DNA of 55,326 nucleotides, filler included, from Basidiobolus ranarum (Eukaryota): NCBI GenBank assembly GCA_040143965.1. It is 4 parts of 4 records of this genome, joined end to end, with 100 filler letters (N's around TTAATTAATTAA, not from the genome) between each part and the next. Parts side by side here need not be neighbours in the genome. Positions count along the whole stretch, not along the records: positions 27,745 to 41,494 come from JASJQH010000463.1; 3 more parts are not named here. One strand, 5' to 3'. Shown piece by piece: positions 27,745 to 41,594 of this stretch (position 1 is its first letter; each line of letters starts with the position of its first letter). The notes under the pieces were generated by a model. It saw only the letters and a program-made list of their open reading frames with translations, ran no database searches and was not told where the DNA came from. The position numbers and the translations under genes were made by a program.

Positions 27745-27946
27745 GCACATGTGTTGATCCATAGTTCTCTGAGATTTTAGCCAATCATTTGCAACTATTT
27801 TGCGAGATCTTGAAATTTCACTCCTGAAACTGAAAAAATTGATTAAAAGCAAATCAAACTTGACGTTTTTATGACGGTAAGTAAACGGTCAATCCCAAAT
27901 GGATTAAAATTGTGACGGTTTTCCTACGATAACAATCCTCAAATTT

Positions 27947-29737
27947 CTGTTAGGGGGAGCAATTATTGAAATCTTTGATGGCTATTACAACTGAAATAAT
28001 CTAGCAGTTAATAATATATACTATGGCCTTGTTCCCTGACATAGTGCCAGATTGTGCCTTATATATCATATTAGATAAAGTATTTTAAAATTCACATGGC
28101 ACAATTTGGCACTATCCAGCACCCTCTAGCATGATCAATTTCAATCACATTTACTCTAACATATTGATCCAAGATGTAATCACACCTAAGAACAAGTCCT
28201 ATCAATGCTGAGTACAAGTACACTAAAAGAACATATGCTAAAAGCCATATGAGTTTACCAGAAAGTGACATAATCTAGAGCAAGGATGGTGTAAATAGTA
28301 TCAAGTTGTAGTAAATTTCTTAGAAAAATATTGCCTGAATTGCAGCACAAAACCATAGGGCAATCCATGTGAAAGCAGTCAAAAGCCATGTTGTAGATAT
28401 TGTGAAGGAGCTCTGATAGTATTTTGTAGATTTTATCTGCATACATTCTGGTTTATCCAGAATTAATTCTCAAGGGGTACAAAACCCTACTATATTTACT
28501 ATCTACAGAACACCAATCTTAGCTGCCAAGTAAGCCTGCTTTCTGCTATTAAACAGAAAACCACTTCTATTCTTAAGACCTATATTAGTTAAATCTGCTC
28601 TGCTATTTTCTATTGCATAAGCCATTGAAAGATTGTGCTTTGGCTAAGTCTGATCTGAGATATTTGGTAACATTTCTCTTGGACACAACAAGTACCAACA
28701 TTGCACAAATGCTTTAACCTATAAAAACCTGTATCAGTGAAGCACCCTATGGGTGGACAATATATTTTTCAGATTATTTTTGATGTTAATGTACTGCAAA
28801 AACAAGCCTGCATAGTCAAGGAATTAGCAGTAAGATCAATTCTTATACTATAACACCAATGGTTTATATTGAGAATTATTTATTATTTGGTATATATATT
28901 GGAAGCAAGAAAGCCTAGTGACAGCAACTCCTATGTGCTAGTTGGGAATATCTCTAAAACTCTTGTGCTAGTATGTTTTACTTCTCTTGTATATTATGTC
29001 TTATTGTACAGCCCCTCAGCATCTCAAAGAGTTGATCAACTTCTTGGCTTCATATATCTTTATATACAGAATAAAGCGGCTAAAACAAAATCACATGATG
29101 CCTATATATAACCAAGTCTATCTTGAATATGACCAGCTGCTCCAGCAGTGTGCTTTTGTTTGAAGATTTTCAGAGCTTCAATAGATTGCATCACAGCTTG
29201 AGAAAGTATGCACTTTAAAGTTGTTAAAGAATTGGTCAGCAATAAGGGTAATAAATTGATGCTATAAGCACAAGCATATAATCTTCTGTTGTACTTCCCA
29301 CAAAAACATATACAGTATATTTCTGGTCAATCAACAGGCCTGATTTTATCCTGTAAAAACTGTACTTTCCTAGCTCTCACCATTAAATGCAAATTCTGCC
29401 AATAGAAACTTCATTACAGTGGTATAGATCTCAACTTACCTGAGCCAAGCTCAAATTACAATATATTAATGAATATGCCAAATTGGCCAACTTACCAGAA
29501 AAAGCTGGAATTGTTCTTCCTAAACCCCTTCATATCACTGCATTGTCAAAATATTACTTCAATTCTAGTATTGTGTCTTCTTTTAATCCAGTAAAGGTCT
29601 TATATCAAGGATGTATTGCATCATTTAGAACATGGCCTACTCTTTTGTGATCATGTTTGTTATGGCAAACAGCTTGAGCACAAAAAGTTAGTGTTAATCA
29701 CTATATTCCATTGAATATTTACTAATCCCTCTTACAG
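27947..29737. mobile_element. Putative degraded transposable-element relic (class unknown)
   Basis: About 1.8 kb with only one CpG found by eye. Ends form an imperfect inverted repeat (CTGTTAGGGGGA vs reverse complement CTGTAAGAGGGA). Reading frames are interrupted by stops; no recognisable transposase. Confidence 0.45.
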
Positions 29738-30157
29738 TACACAAAATATTGTGACGTAATTGGCAGTTCCCATTACCTAGTACCAATTTACAGGTGAGAA
29801 AAAATTTCATTTTAGAGCATAATAGCATATTACCAAATAGAAAGTGTCAAGTGAAACTTTTTCACTGATATAACATACAATTCGAGATTTGCAAGATTCC
29901 AAAAGTATGCCACAAATGATATTAGATAAGTTTAAATACACACATGAACTACTAACTGGATTGAACCAATCACCAGAACAACGACACTGTGATTTATATA
30001 GAATTTTAAAAACAATTACAAGGTTGAATAGAAAAAGTGACGAAATATAGCGGCTCATATCCACACCTGCACATACGTTGCTTTGTTAAGATCGTAGGTT
30101 TTTACTTGGAATGTAGTGGGAAATATTCGTACGAAGGGAAGAGTTTTCGCTTAGAGC

Positions 30158-32746
30158 TCAAGGCAAACGGCAAGGTTTGATATTCCAAATGGATTCGGCG
30201 TACTCTTTAATAGCACGGTCAGAAGAGAATTTGGCCATACCGGCAGTGCATAGAATCGACATCTTGGCCCAATTGTCTTTGTTCTTATAGGCACTATCAA
30301 CCTTGGCTTGTGTTTCCAAGTATTTGGGGAAATCTACAGAAACGAGGTAAACATCACCACCGTTCTGAAGTGTGTAAAGCAGAGGTGCGAAGACATTAGG
30401 ATCCCCGAAGACACCGGAGTATATGATATCCAAGACTTTCTGAAGCTTGGGGTCCATGGGTAGCTTACGATATCTTACTGCATGTCTTAAATCATCAACT
30501 TCGTGAGCGAGTACACCGAAGGTAAAGATGTTGTCGTCACCAATCTCCTCGTTGATTTCAATGTTGGCACCATCTACAGTGCCTAGAATGACACCTCCGT
30601 TTAGGACGAATTTCATGTTAGAAGTACCAGATGCCTCGGTACCAGCAGTGGAAATATGCTGAGAAATATCACTAGCGGGAATGATCACTTCAGCAATCGA
30701 GACATTGTAATCGGGGATGAAAACCACCTTGAGCAAGTCTCCGATTTCTTTGTCAGTATTAACAACATCGGCTACACTGTTGATGAGTTTAATCACCAAC
30801 TTGGCAACATAGTAACCTGGAGCAGCCTTACCACCGAAGATAACTACTCGGGAAACCTGCTTTTCTCTTTCAGCCTTGTTCATGTATATCAGTTCATAGT
30901 AACGATAGATAACACTCAATATGTTCATATATTGACGCTTATATTCATGAATACGTTTTACTTGTACGTCGAACATAGCCTCAGGGTTAACTTTCACACC
31001 ACAACGCTCCTCAATGTGCTTGGCCAAATGCTCCTTGTTCTTCCTTTTGACATCCATCCATTCTTTCTGGAAAGCTTTATCTGTAGCAAACTTGGAAAGT
31101 TTTGCGAGTTCGGTAAGCTTGGTAGTCCATTCATCACTCCCAAGTTTCTTGGTAATAAGGTCACTGAGAAGAGGATTACACTGATGGAGCCATCTTCTAG
31201 GGGTGACACCGTTAGTCTTGTTTTCAAATCTCTTGGGACCATAAAAGTCAACAAAGTCTTTGAAGATGGTCTTCTGAATCAAATCAGAATGAAGAGCGGC
31301 AACACCATTTACGCGATGAGAACCGACAATAGCAAGATGGGCCATTCTGACATTTTGAGGTCTGGATTCTTCGATGATGGAAATACGATTCAAAAGATCC
31401 CTGTCTCCTGGCTTTCTTTGTTCAACCTTCTGCAAGAAGAACAGATTGATGTCATAGATTATCATCATATGTCTAGGCAATACATGCTCAAGCATTGGGA
31501 CCGACCATTTCTCCATCGCTTCTGGGAGGATGGTATGGTTAGTAAACGCATAAGTGCGAGTAACAATATCCCAAGCTTCATCCCATTCGAGGCCTTCTTC
31601 GTCAATCAGTACACGTTGCAACTCTGGGATACCAAGGGTCGGGTGAGTGTCGTTGAGTTGGATGGCAACCTGTTCAGGGAATTCCTTCCAAGCACGCTTG
31701 GTCTTCTTGAAACGACGGATAATATCGAAGAGTGTAGCACAAACAAAGAAGTATTCTTGCTTGAGACGTAACTCCTTACCAACCATGTGATTATCATTTG
31801 GATATAATACGGAAGTGATATTTTCAGCTGATTTTTGTTCACCAACAGATTTGTCATAGTTTCCTTCATTGAAACTTTCCAGATCGAAGCTCTTCTTAGG
31901 TTTACTACTCCAGAGACGAATGTTGATACAATTCTTGGTATTATAACCCGGAATAGGAATATCGTAAGCAACAGCCTGAACCATTTGTCCACCCTCCCAA
32001 GTATACTTGGTATTTCCCTTACTGTCGTAGTTTTTATCTACGTAACCGTAGAAACGGACTTCGACTGAAATATCAAGACGGGGAAGCTCCCAAGGATTAC
32101 CGTAGTTAAGCCAGTAATCGGGAACTTCAGTCTGGAAACCATCAACAATCTTTTGTTGGAACATGCCATAGTTGTAGCGGATACCATAGCCCCATGCTGG
32201 ATAATCCAAAGTGGCCAAGGAATCCATGTAACAAGCAGCCAAACGACCGAGACCACCATTACCCAGAGCAGCATCTTTTTCTTCCTCAATAAGATCCTCC
32301 ATGGTGAAACCAAGTTGCTTGACACCTTGTTTGTACTTATCCTTGAGGCCAAGAGCCAATAGAGCGTTATCTAAAGAACGACCAATGAGGAACTCCATGG
32401 AGAGGTAGTAAACTCTCTTGGGGTCGTTTGCGGTATGGTATTCTTGAGTTTCGTTCCAACGTTTAATCAATCTATCGCGAACAGAATGGGCAGTGGCAAG
32501 ATAACCAGCAAAGTCATCAACATTAAAAGGAGTTCTGGCGAGGGTGGTGGCCATATGACGGGCAATAGAAGATTGGATGGAAGTAATGTTGGGCTCATCC
32601 ATTTCGATCAATTTCTCCCATAACTTTGTCTCCTCAGCAGTGAACTTTTTTCTTTGATCTTGGTCCTTGGATTGGATCGTAGGTAGAGGGAGCACGGTGG
32701 AACTTCTTCTCCTAGGTCTAGGTCTTTCTGGAGCACTACTATTCAT
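30158..32746 (-). CDS. GPH1: Glycogen phosphorylase, intronless, 862 aa
   Basis: [52 protein letters not shown] and the PLP-lysine motif [11 protein letters not shown]-terminal RRRSST basophilic phosphosite. Confidence 0.98.
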   Translation of the reverse strand: MNSSAPERPRPRRRSSTVLPLPTIQSKDQDQRKKFTAEETKLWEKLIEMDEPNITSIQSSIARHMATTLARTPFNVDDFAGYLATAHSVRDRLIKRWNETQEYHTANDPKRVYYLSMEFLIGRSLDNALLALGLKDKYKQGVKQLGFTMEDLIEEEKDAALGNGGLGRLAACYMDSLATLDYPAWGYGIRYNYGMFQQKIVDGFQTEVPDYWLNYGNPWELPRLDISVEVRFYGYVDKNYDSKGNTKYTWEGGQMVQAVAYDIPIPGYNTKNCINIRLWSSKPKKSFDLESFNEGNYDKSVGEQKSAENITSVLYPNDNHMVGKELRLKQEYFFVCATLFDIIRRFKKTKRAWKEFPEQVAIQLNDTHPTLGIPELQRVLIDEEGLEWDEAWDIVTRTYAFTNHTILPEAMEKWSVPMLEHVLPRHMMIIYDINLFFLQKVEQRKPGDRDLLNRISIIEESRPQNVRMAHLAIVGSHRVNGVAALHSDLIQKTIFKDFVDFYGPKRFENKTNGVTPRRWLHQCNPLLSDLITKKLGSDEWTTKLTELAKLSKFATDKAFQKEWMDVKRKNKEHLAKHIEERCGVKVNPEAMFDVQVKRIHEYKRQYMNILSVIYRYYELIYMNKAEREKQVSRVVIFGGKAAPGYYVAKLVIKLINSVADVVNTDKEIGDLLKVVFIPDYNVSIAEVIIPASDISQHISTAGTEASGTSNMKFVLNGGVILGTVDGANIEINEEIGDDNIFTFGVLAHEVDDLRHAVRYRKLPMDPKLQKVLDIIYSGVFGDPNVFAPLLYTLQNGGDVYLVSVDFPKYLETQAKVDSAYKNKDNWAKMSILCTAGMAKFSSDRAIKEYAESIWNIKPCRLP

Positions 32747-35400
32747 GTTGAACGAGAAGGTAAAGTGAAAGAGATGGGAATAGGATCTGAGCTCTAATCG
32801 ATGTGAGTAGCCATGCTTTTATACAGCAATTACATACGTCAACAATAAGCTAGTTGAACTATGGATGCGTAACCCTGTGCCAATCAAGAAATGAATCTTG
32901 TGATAAACTCACGTTATACTGTTTAATCCACCGTAATATCCAAATCGCCATTGAGATCGATAGTATTTAATCCATTTCCTGATAAAAATTCGTGCTTCAT
33001 TCATAGACAATACCAAAATGCTATTCAATCTCTCGAGAGGCAGGATTTTGGAGCCACACCAACCTCTAATCAAATCAATGTCTGAGCCATAAACTGCCTC
33101 CGTGACTTACGTAACCGTGCTGTAGTGACAAACTGAAATGGGTGGCCGTAAATACACTAATATAGGCATGAAAAGACCTTTGTCGTAGCAACAACTAAGA
33201 GGCCAGTAATTAAGGCGATCAAGTTTCATTTCTACAACCAGGAAGGGCTGGTTAAAAGTTCGAGGTTTTCTTATTCCAGGCACTGTGTGTGAGCTCATAC
33301 ATGTAGGAAAGTGTTTAATAGATTATTCTAGTCAGAGTTACTATGTCCACATGTTGATACCAAATCAGCACGATTCTTGTGAAGGCGAGTATACGACGAT
33401 GATATTGTGCTGAGAAGATCGAAAATAGAATCTTTCATGGCTCACAGCATCCATTGAACACATGCAAAAGATCCGACGATAGTAACTACTGTTCAGTGAA
33501 GATCTCGGGTTTCAACCCTTGGTATGGCTGGTGGGATCTTAGCTGCACATCGCCCAGTATAGAAATTACCAGTCCGAAACGGTGACGGTAGCAACGTAGT
33601 CAATAATGGGGAAAATCATACTAGCAACTCAAGCGATACAGTACTCTAGATGATACACAGGTATACAAAGTAGAGTCATAATGCAGTACACAATCGCGAT
33701 AGCAATGTGCTTTGAATGAAGGTGGCATATATTGGCGGCTATAGCTATGAAATTCCAATAGATAACTCTCAAAACCAAATGCCACTGATTTAAAATCACT
33801 CGTAATAACAAAGCCTGGCATTCTGAATAAGGTGGTTAATCGGAACTTGCCATATCAATCTGGGATTCACCCCAAAGTTTACCAATGCTATCGATAATCT
33901 ACAGTATCCGTAGTTGTAGCTGTAGGTGTGAATGAGCACCTAACCTTCCCCTTAAGACGGCTTATTCTTTGTGCATATAGTATCGTACTGAAATACTCAC
34001 TGGACATTTTGGGACGCAAGTGATACCAAATCAGTGGAGGAAGTGAGTTCCCAACACGTTAAAACTCAATCGCTACAGGATTTTGATGGGTGACTGATAC
34101 AAATAATTCCAAATCAAGTCTGAACCACTAGTCATTACCATCCAATTCGTTTCCTAAGCCTCATCCCTAATTCATCACTCAATAATGCTGCACCAACACT
34201 CATTGTTTATGGACAGTTGTACCGTTAGCTTTAGCTTTTATTAGGCTTGTATGCATACGGCAGAAGAATTGATATAAGAAGGTCGTGAGGTACACATATG
34301 ATACCCGCGATACTTGACTTTATGGTCTAGTTAGTTCAACGAACAGAAATTAGACTACGTTACCCAAGCTAGACCTCTCTATTGAAAGCAACGTATTCCT
34401 GAAACAAAGCCAAACCGTTGGGAAATTACTGAATTGGGTAAGCTTTACATCATTTCATAGACAAATTGAAGTCATGAATCAGCGGTACTTAATGATTGAT
34501 GTTTTGCACTACCAAGGATTCTCTACAGATGATATGAATCATTCGCGATGGCGAGATACCAGGAACGGCTTGAACACTATCTTTGCGGTGGGCATTGTCA
34601 GATTAGGAGCTCTATGCCACCACCTTGATCCTTAATTAGTCGTAGTATTTCAAATTGCCATCTTGTTGTCGAGGCCTTTGTGTAACTGAATAGATCTCCA
34701 GTTGATCTGAAAAGCTTAATGGCTTCCATCGAAATGTGCATATAGTATGTACATGAGATTACATTGGCGCCTAGCGTAATTGATGCAAGATCCTACTGAG
34801 AATGATTATCTCAGCATGAACGTTCTTGTGTATGACCACTGAAGCCATTTCGTCATCGCCTCCCATTTTCCCCTTAAGCGAACGACCTTGTAAACCGGAA
34901 ACATAAATAAAACCTGCTGAAAATGTCTAGCTACTGGTTATTCCATTCATTTGACCTAGGTTAAGTGACGCATTACATAAGAGTGAACTTGAAGACAAGC
35001 AAGGAAGCAAGTCGGTGTTGCGCACAGTTTGAGCTCCAGCATGATACCTTTTGTGTTGGTAATGCTCTTGACGCCGTTTACCGAGCATCAACTCATTGAG
35101 TCACCTGTGCTAACGACCATTTGTAGCTTCAGTTAACATCTCCCACCCTTGCATCTGTCATGATCGGCCATTCCCATGTTGGAATCAATCGACACGAATG
35201 AAGGTGTCTTTGCTCATTTGCAGCTATCATGGCCAAGCGTGGGCATGGCTAAGATGTAGCATAGGTTACAGCGTGTGCTTTTGTATCAATTGAAAATGTT
35301 TATTAGAAATATCAGCCCTATTCGTCTACAAGGCCATTACACAAGCTTTCAGCGTTACAGATATGAGATCGTCATAAGGGAGTGTGAGCGAATGTGCTCA

Positions 35401-37275
35401 TCACAAATCATTCGTATTAGTAGAATACTGAAACACTAGACATCTATCGATTTCATGGTGATCCTTATGGAACTTGATAAAGTCCCAATCATTGAATACC
35501 TCTTTGACTTGTTCGGCAGTTCCACTTCCCGCTTCCAAGATAAGGTAACCGTTGGGTGCGATGATCTGCCCTTTGATGGAGGCATGTAACATTTGGTAGG
35601 AAGTCAGGCTAGTCTCACCACAGAACAGCGCTTCGTGAGGTTCGAACTCGGAAACGCCAAAATCTAGTTTTTTAGCTTTATCCTCTGGTATATATGGAGG
35701 ATTACATAATATAATATCAAAGCTCTGCTTTAATTGCTCAATCTCCTGTAATTTCGAAAAATCTCCAGCTACAAACTCTACTCGGTCAGTCATACCTAGT
35801 GTTTCGGCATTTTTCTTTGCTACTTCAAGTGCTTCCAGACTAATATCTACCCCATATCCAGTAGAATTCTGAATCTTGTTCATGCACGATAGAAGGATAC
35901 ATCCAGAGCCAGTGCCAAGATCAAGAATCTTGATTGGCAACTGCTCCATCTTTCTAGACTCAACCAGCTCTATTGCCGCAGTCACCAAAGCTTCAGTGCT
36001 CAAACGAGGTATGAGTGTCGCCGGTGTAACATGGAATTTAAGTCCGCAAAACTCCTAACAAGAAGTACCGCCAAACTCTTGATCAACAAACAGTAGACTT
36101 CTGAGTGATATGAGTTCTTAGCATTACCTTATAACCAAGCATATATGCAACTGGCATCTCAGTTCCCGGATCATATTCCACTACATCCACGTTATTCTTT
36201 TGAAGCTCCTCTATATACTGGAGCTTTCTCTTTTCATAAAAACGAATCTCCCGCTGACGCATAGCCTATCAAGAATATATGGCGTAAGTGAACGACTCTA
36301 GAATGAGTAACTATTACCACTTTTTACCTCAAACTTATGTGGCTCGTCTCTAAAGAATAGCATGGGTTGATTTGTAATTGGATGGGGGAATTCCAACTTC
36401 AGTAAGCACAAGAACATTCCTTTGTCTCTAGAGGATTTTAGCTGCTTAGTATACGAGTTATTTCCAACTACTGGATGCTCAAGTTTCTCAAAAAGCTTCC
36501 TGAGCGTGGCGCCACCGGAAACACCAATAGAGCAAATATCCACAGTAGACAAATAACCAGCTGAATTGCTGCGACAAAAGGAAACATGTTTGCACGATTC
36601 GAAATCCGGCTCTTTAGATGTCACTGGGTATTCTTCCCCTACTTCACATTCAATTTTACCATGCACCAAAGCTCGGTAAGTCCGTCTCACCAAAGCGGCT
36701 TTCAAATTTTCGTTGAGTTTATTTTGAGCCTCAATCGTTTTGGGTACCAGGACCTAATTTAATAACGAAACAGGTTAACTTTGATAAACTCGTAGAAGTA
36801 GAAAAGAGACCGATAAAATGGGAGAAAAATATATTGTTATATTACGGACCCACCCAACAGTAGCTTTCTCCAGCTCATATAACGACTTGGGCTTCATATC
36901 GTTTTGAAAACCTACACAATCAGCCATGGAGAATGGTAAAGCTTCCAGGAAGCTAGTTATATTCATCCCGGGTGCTTTCCAAGAAACACAAATAAATTCA
37001 TCCTCATAAAGTATCTCAATGGGGGTAGAGTTTTTGGCTTTTTTAGCTTCGTAAGTATTGAACTTTAACTCGACTAGATCCCCTTCTATTAAAATTTTAG
37101 GTGGTAGTACCTTCTCTTTATTGACTAATACTTCACCACGTTTAAAACTACGATGTACTGCTAGCCTACTAGTAACAACGTCAGGTATTTTAGCACGCAC
37201 GAATATTGAGGCTCTGGAGTTTGTTTCTTCTTTAGTCACCGTCCAGCAACGATACACAATATTCTGGTCATCCAT
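35401..37275 (-). CDS. Fusion protein: S4 + RluA-type pseudouridine-synthase-like domain (degenerate active site) joined to HemK/PrmC-type glutamine N5-methyltransferase; 547 aa; exons 37275-36850, 36753-36328, 36265-36128, 36054-35401
   Basis: Three phase-0 GT-AG introns join all parts in frame. RluA-like: GEVLVN..., IEILYEDEFICVSWKAPG, YELEKATVGWVLVPKT, RTYRALVHG, HPVVGNNSY, LEFPHPIT. HemK-like: PVAYMLGYKEFCGLKFHVTPATLIPRLSTEALV, ILDLGTGSGCI, GVDIS, CNPPYI, FEPHEAL. Confidence 0.82.
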
Positions 37276-38467
37276 ACTTCTTGCCGTCAAACAACTTTAA
37301 CAGAGGTGGATAGTTAGAATAGGTTGATATCAAGGACGATTTTCATCATTTCCACTAAAAAAAAAAGAAATCATTTGGAAATTAAGTTGAAGAGATTTAA
37401 TTCCAAAAAAATTCATTTCAGATTGATTTTAAACAATTTATTAAACCAAAAGTTAATTTCGTTGCTGTCTAACTTAAACTATATACTGTATCTAATATTA
37501 CCGTAGTACTCTCGCTAGCCTGACACAATCGGCAAAAAACCCAATGATTCACAAAATGACTACTATCATTCCCGACTAATCTAAAATACAAAACGGTCAA
37601 GATTGCAGTTGCCAGTATTTTATCAAGATGTAGAGTATTCCCAGAAGTTCCAATGTTGGATTCTTCAAGTCATCAGGATATACCTTTACCTACATTGTTC
37701 CCAGTGGGCTTAGCGCTGCACCAAATCTGCCATCACGTGTATCTCAGTCAACTGTCAATGGTTGTGACATTATGTGGATTATAGTGTTCTAAGCCCACTT
37801 AGGCTCGACTGCCACACTGGCTGATATCTCTCGATCAGATTAGCCTGGAAGGTAGCCAATTGAGTAGACTCTACAACAATACGTAAGTACAGCTTTCCTT
37901 TTGGCCTTGACTTAGATCCATTTCAATGTGCAACATAAAAATATCATAGTATTGGTGATAAAGCCAAGAGCTCAATCAAGTAGAGCTCCTACCCTTTTAA
38001 GCTGGACTATATAGGATCCTATTTGAGCATGTGACCGTCGATTTGATGTGGTTGTCATTCACTGGCTGTCTCAATTATAGCACTAAAAGAGCATTTGGGG
38101 TCTTACTCCTTTTTGTAGACCAATGCTGATGAATATTGTTCAAATACTGGAACTAGGGTGCAATTTTATATTAACTCCAAACAACTACTCCAAATCCACT
38201 TCGCCTATTTAGGCATAATTCTAAATTACATTTTTACTCGGACCCTAGTCAATTACTGACTTTACTTGTCCTGTATAGCCTTTTGAGGAGATATTTCTTC
38301 CAAGCTATTTTACTCCGTATCAGTTCAGTAGGCAAGAGGAGAAAGTACCCAAATTTATCTTATTATTCTGAGAAACTTCCCCCCCCTCTCCTCAAACTTC
38401 CTTTGTAACTTGAACTTTTATAAAAGCGAATTCCACTGGTTACTTTCCTATAGAAAGCCCAACAAAA

Positions 38468-41400
38468 ATGTCTGATATAAACCAACATATCGAGGTTTAT
38501 GGAAAAGTAGGATTTCTTTAATATTTGGTAATTGCTTTTTCAAGTTCCAACTTCATCTTTCTATACCATCTTAGGGAGCTAGGGTTTGGTTGACCGATGA
38601 CGTAGTCGGTTGGATAAGCGCTACAGTAAGCTTTAAAGAAGTGGATGCTAAGACAGTGAAGCTGTCACTTACTGATGACACTGGAAAGGTAATAAAAAGG
38701 CGAAATCTCACTTCACTTTGCGAAGAATGACCAAATTCCTGTCAAAATGTATTGACATAATTTTACTAAACGTCATGCAATATTAGGAAGTCAAAGTAGA
38801 GTTATCATTGGCAAAACTTCAATCAGGAGAAGAAGAACTTCCACCTCTTTGTAATCCAGCTATTTTAGAAGGAATTGACGATTTAACTAGCTTGTCCCAT
38901 CTGCACGAGCCTGCTGGTAAGTTATCGCTTATCGTGCATAGACTCTGGATTCAAAATACTAACGATAAATACATCTCTTAAGTTCTTCATAATATCCGTA
39001 CACGCTATGAAAGACACAACATATATACATATTCGGGGATTGTGTTGATTGCGTGTAACCCATTCCAAAAAGTCAGTGTCTATTCTGAAGATGTCATTCA
39101 AGCATACTCTGGAAGAAATCGTGGCGAGTTGGACCCGCATTTATTTGCCATCGCTGAAGATGCCTACAGATGCATGTTGAGAGAGAAGATGAATCAAACA
39201 GTAATAGTATCGGGTGAAAGGTAACCAAGATCTGAATAGATGTGGAGCTTGAGCCAAAATACTAAATCTTAATTGATCATATTCATTGATGGGTATAAAG
39301 TGGTGCTGGTAAAACTGTTAGTGCCAAATTTGTTACTCGCTACTTCGCTTCAGCTGAACCAGATCCAGCCAATCCTAGAAAGGTTAAAGGTATTGTTAAC
39401 ATGAAGAATTGTAGATGCTCACATTATTTCCCTACAAATAATTGACACTTATTTCGTATGTTTCTTTACAAGATAACGGAAAGCTAAGTCAAGTCGAGGA
39501 ACAGATTCTTGGTAGGATGTTCATACTAGGTTTTGGTTTATGCTGTCCTCCAATCCACTAACTCTATCCTTGTTACCCTACAGCTACAAATCCAATCTTA
39601 GAAGCTTTTGGTAACGCCAAGACTACTCGTAACGATAACAGTTCTCGGTTCGGTAAATACATGGAGATATTGTTTGACGAAGATACCAATATTGTTGGTG
39701 CTCGCATACGAACATATCTTCTCGAGCGTTCTCGCTTGATATTCCAACCTGAGAGTGAGAGAAATTATCACATTTTCTATCAGGTAAACATAATCTCAAT
39801 ACTGAATTCAAGAATTTGTTTATTTCTCTTAGTTTGACCAACCTTTTAATTCGCTCTTTTCTTAGCTATGCGCCGGTGCACCGTCCTCCGAACGAAAGGA
39901 GCTGCAGTTGGGGGATTTCTCCCACTTCCACTATTTGAATCAAGGGGGATGCGGAGCTATTGCTGGTGTAGATGACGCTGCAGAGTTTGAATTAACTCAA
40001 AGATCCCTCTCACTTGTTGGTATTTCCGTACAACTTCAGTGGAAAATATTCAAGGTCCTGGCCGGATTGCTGCACCTTGGTAATCTTCAGATCGGAGGCA
40101 GTGAAAAACTAGGGGCTAGCATAGACGATACACAAGAATCGTACAATTTAGTTACTACTCTACTTAACATTAACCCAGCAGAGTTCAAAAAATGGATGAC
40201 GAAAAAGCAGATCATAACTGGTCGAGACAAGATTATCAGTAACATGACTCCGCTGCAGGCCACCATCGCCAGAGATGCGGTCGCGAAGTTTATTTATGCC
40301 AATTTGTTCGATTGGTTGATCAAAGTAGTTAACCAAAGTTTGTGCACAAATGAAGTCCTTAAGACTGTTCATTCTTTCATCGGTGTCCTGGATATCTACG
40401 GCTTCGAGCACTTCACGAAGAATTCCTTCGAGCAGTTCTGCATCAACTATGCTAATGAAAAACTGCAACAGGAGGTAAGTCGCGTATACAAGTCATATAA
40501 TAGCATGCTCAAGGCACCTTTCTATCCATCTAAAACGCGATTCTTTTAGTTTAACAAGCACGTATTCAAGCTTGAACAAGAGGTATGGTCACCCGTGATA
40601 CCAATAGCCCTAGATGATTTTCATACTAACATTCGTGGAATTTTCAGGAATATGTACGCGAGGAGATCAATTGGCAGTTCATAGATTTCAGCGATAATCA
40701 GCCTTGCATTGAGTTAATCGAAGGACGTATTGGTATTCTCTCTCTGTTAGATGAGGTAAAGATGAATAGAAATCAACGCATAATAATCCTACATCGATTA
40801 ATTCCATGACTTGATTAAATAGGAGTCACGACTTCCCTCTGGAACCGATCAAACTTACGTATCCAAGTTGCATCAACAATTCGATGGACCCAACTACAAG
40901 AAATACTTTGCCAAACCGAAGTTTAGTAACAACGAATTTACGGTAAAGCACTACGCTCATGATGTTACGTATCAAGCGGAAGGCTTCCTTGACAAGAACA
41001 AGGACACCATTCAAGACGAGCTATTAAATGTCTTACTTGCCACTGAGTTCGACTTCCTTAAAGAGGTTCTACCCAATCCCTCCGACGAAGTTCCTGCTCC
41101 AGTCAAGCCTGGAAGACGCTCAATGGGGCCTGGTACTAAAAAATCTACTTTGGGTTCAGTATTCAAGAGCTCGTTGGTTAATCTGATGGACACCATCAGC
41201 TCAACCAATGTGCATTACGTCCGTTGTATCAAGCCTAATGAAGCCAAGAAACCGTGGTTATTTGATCCCATTATGGTCCTCTCGCAATTGAGAGCATGTG
41301 GTGTACTTGAAACCATTCGCATTAGTTGTGAAGGATATCCATCGCGGAGAACTTTGGAAGATTTCGTAGAACGCTTCTACCTACTAACTAAGTCTCAATC

Positions 41401-41494
41401 TTGGTGTCCACAGGATATACCAGCCTTTTGTCAAAAGATTTTGAATGAGGCAGTCAATGATACAGACAAATACCAAATTGGTAAAACAAATGTG
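38468..41494 (+). CDS. MYO2: Class V myosin heavy chain (Myo2-like), motor domain only, truncated by contig end; about 11 exons visible
   Basis: RVW...GW N-terminal SH3-like region, [110 protein letters not shown]. Confidence 0.93.
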
Positions 41495-41594
41495 NNNNNN
41501 NNNNNNNNNNNNNNNNNNNNNNNNNNNNNNNNNNNNNNTTAATTAATTAANNNNNNNNNNNNNNNNNNNNNNNNNNNNNNNNNNNNNNNNNNNN
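41495..41594. other. Artificial contig linker
   Basis: N44-TTAATTAATTAA-N44. Confidence 0.98.

Noticed and set aside
30656-31771. 371-aa plus-strand ORF
   Set aside because: Antisense shadow of the codon-biased glycogen phosphorylase gene; no recognisable motifs.
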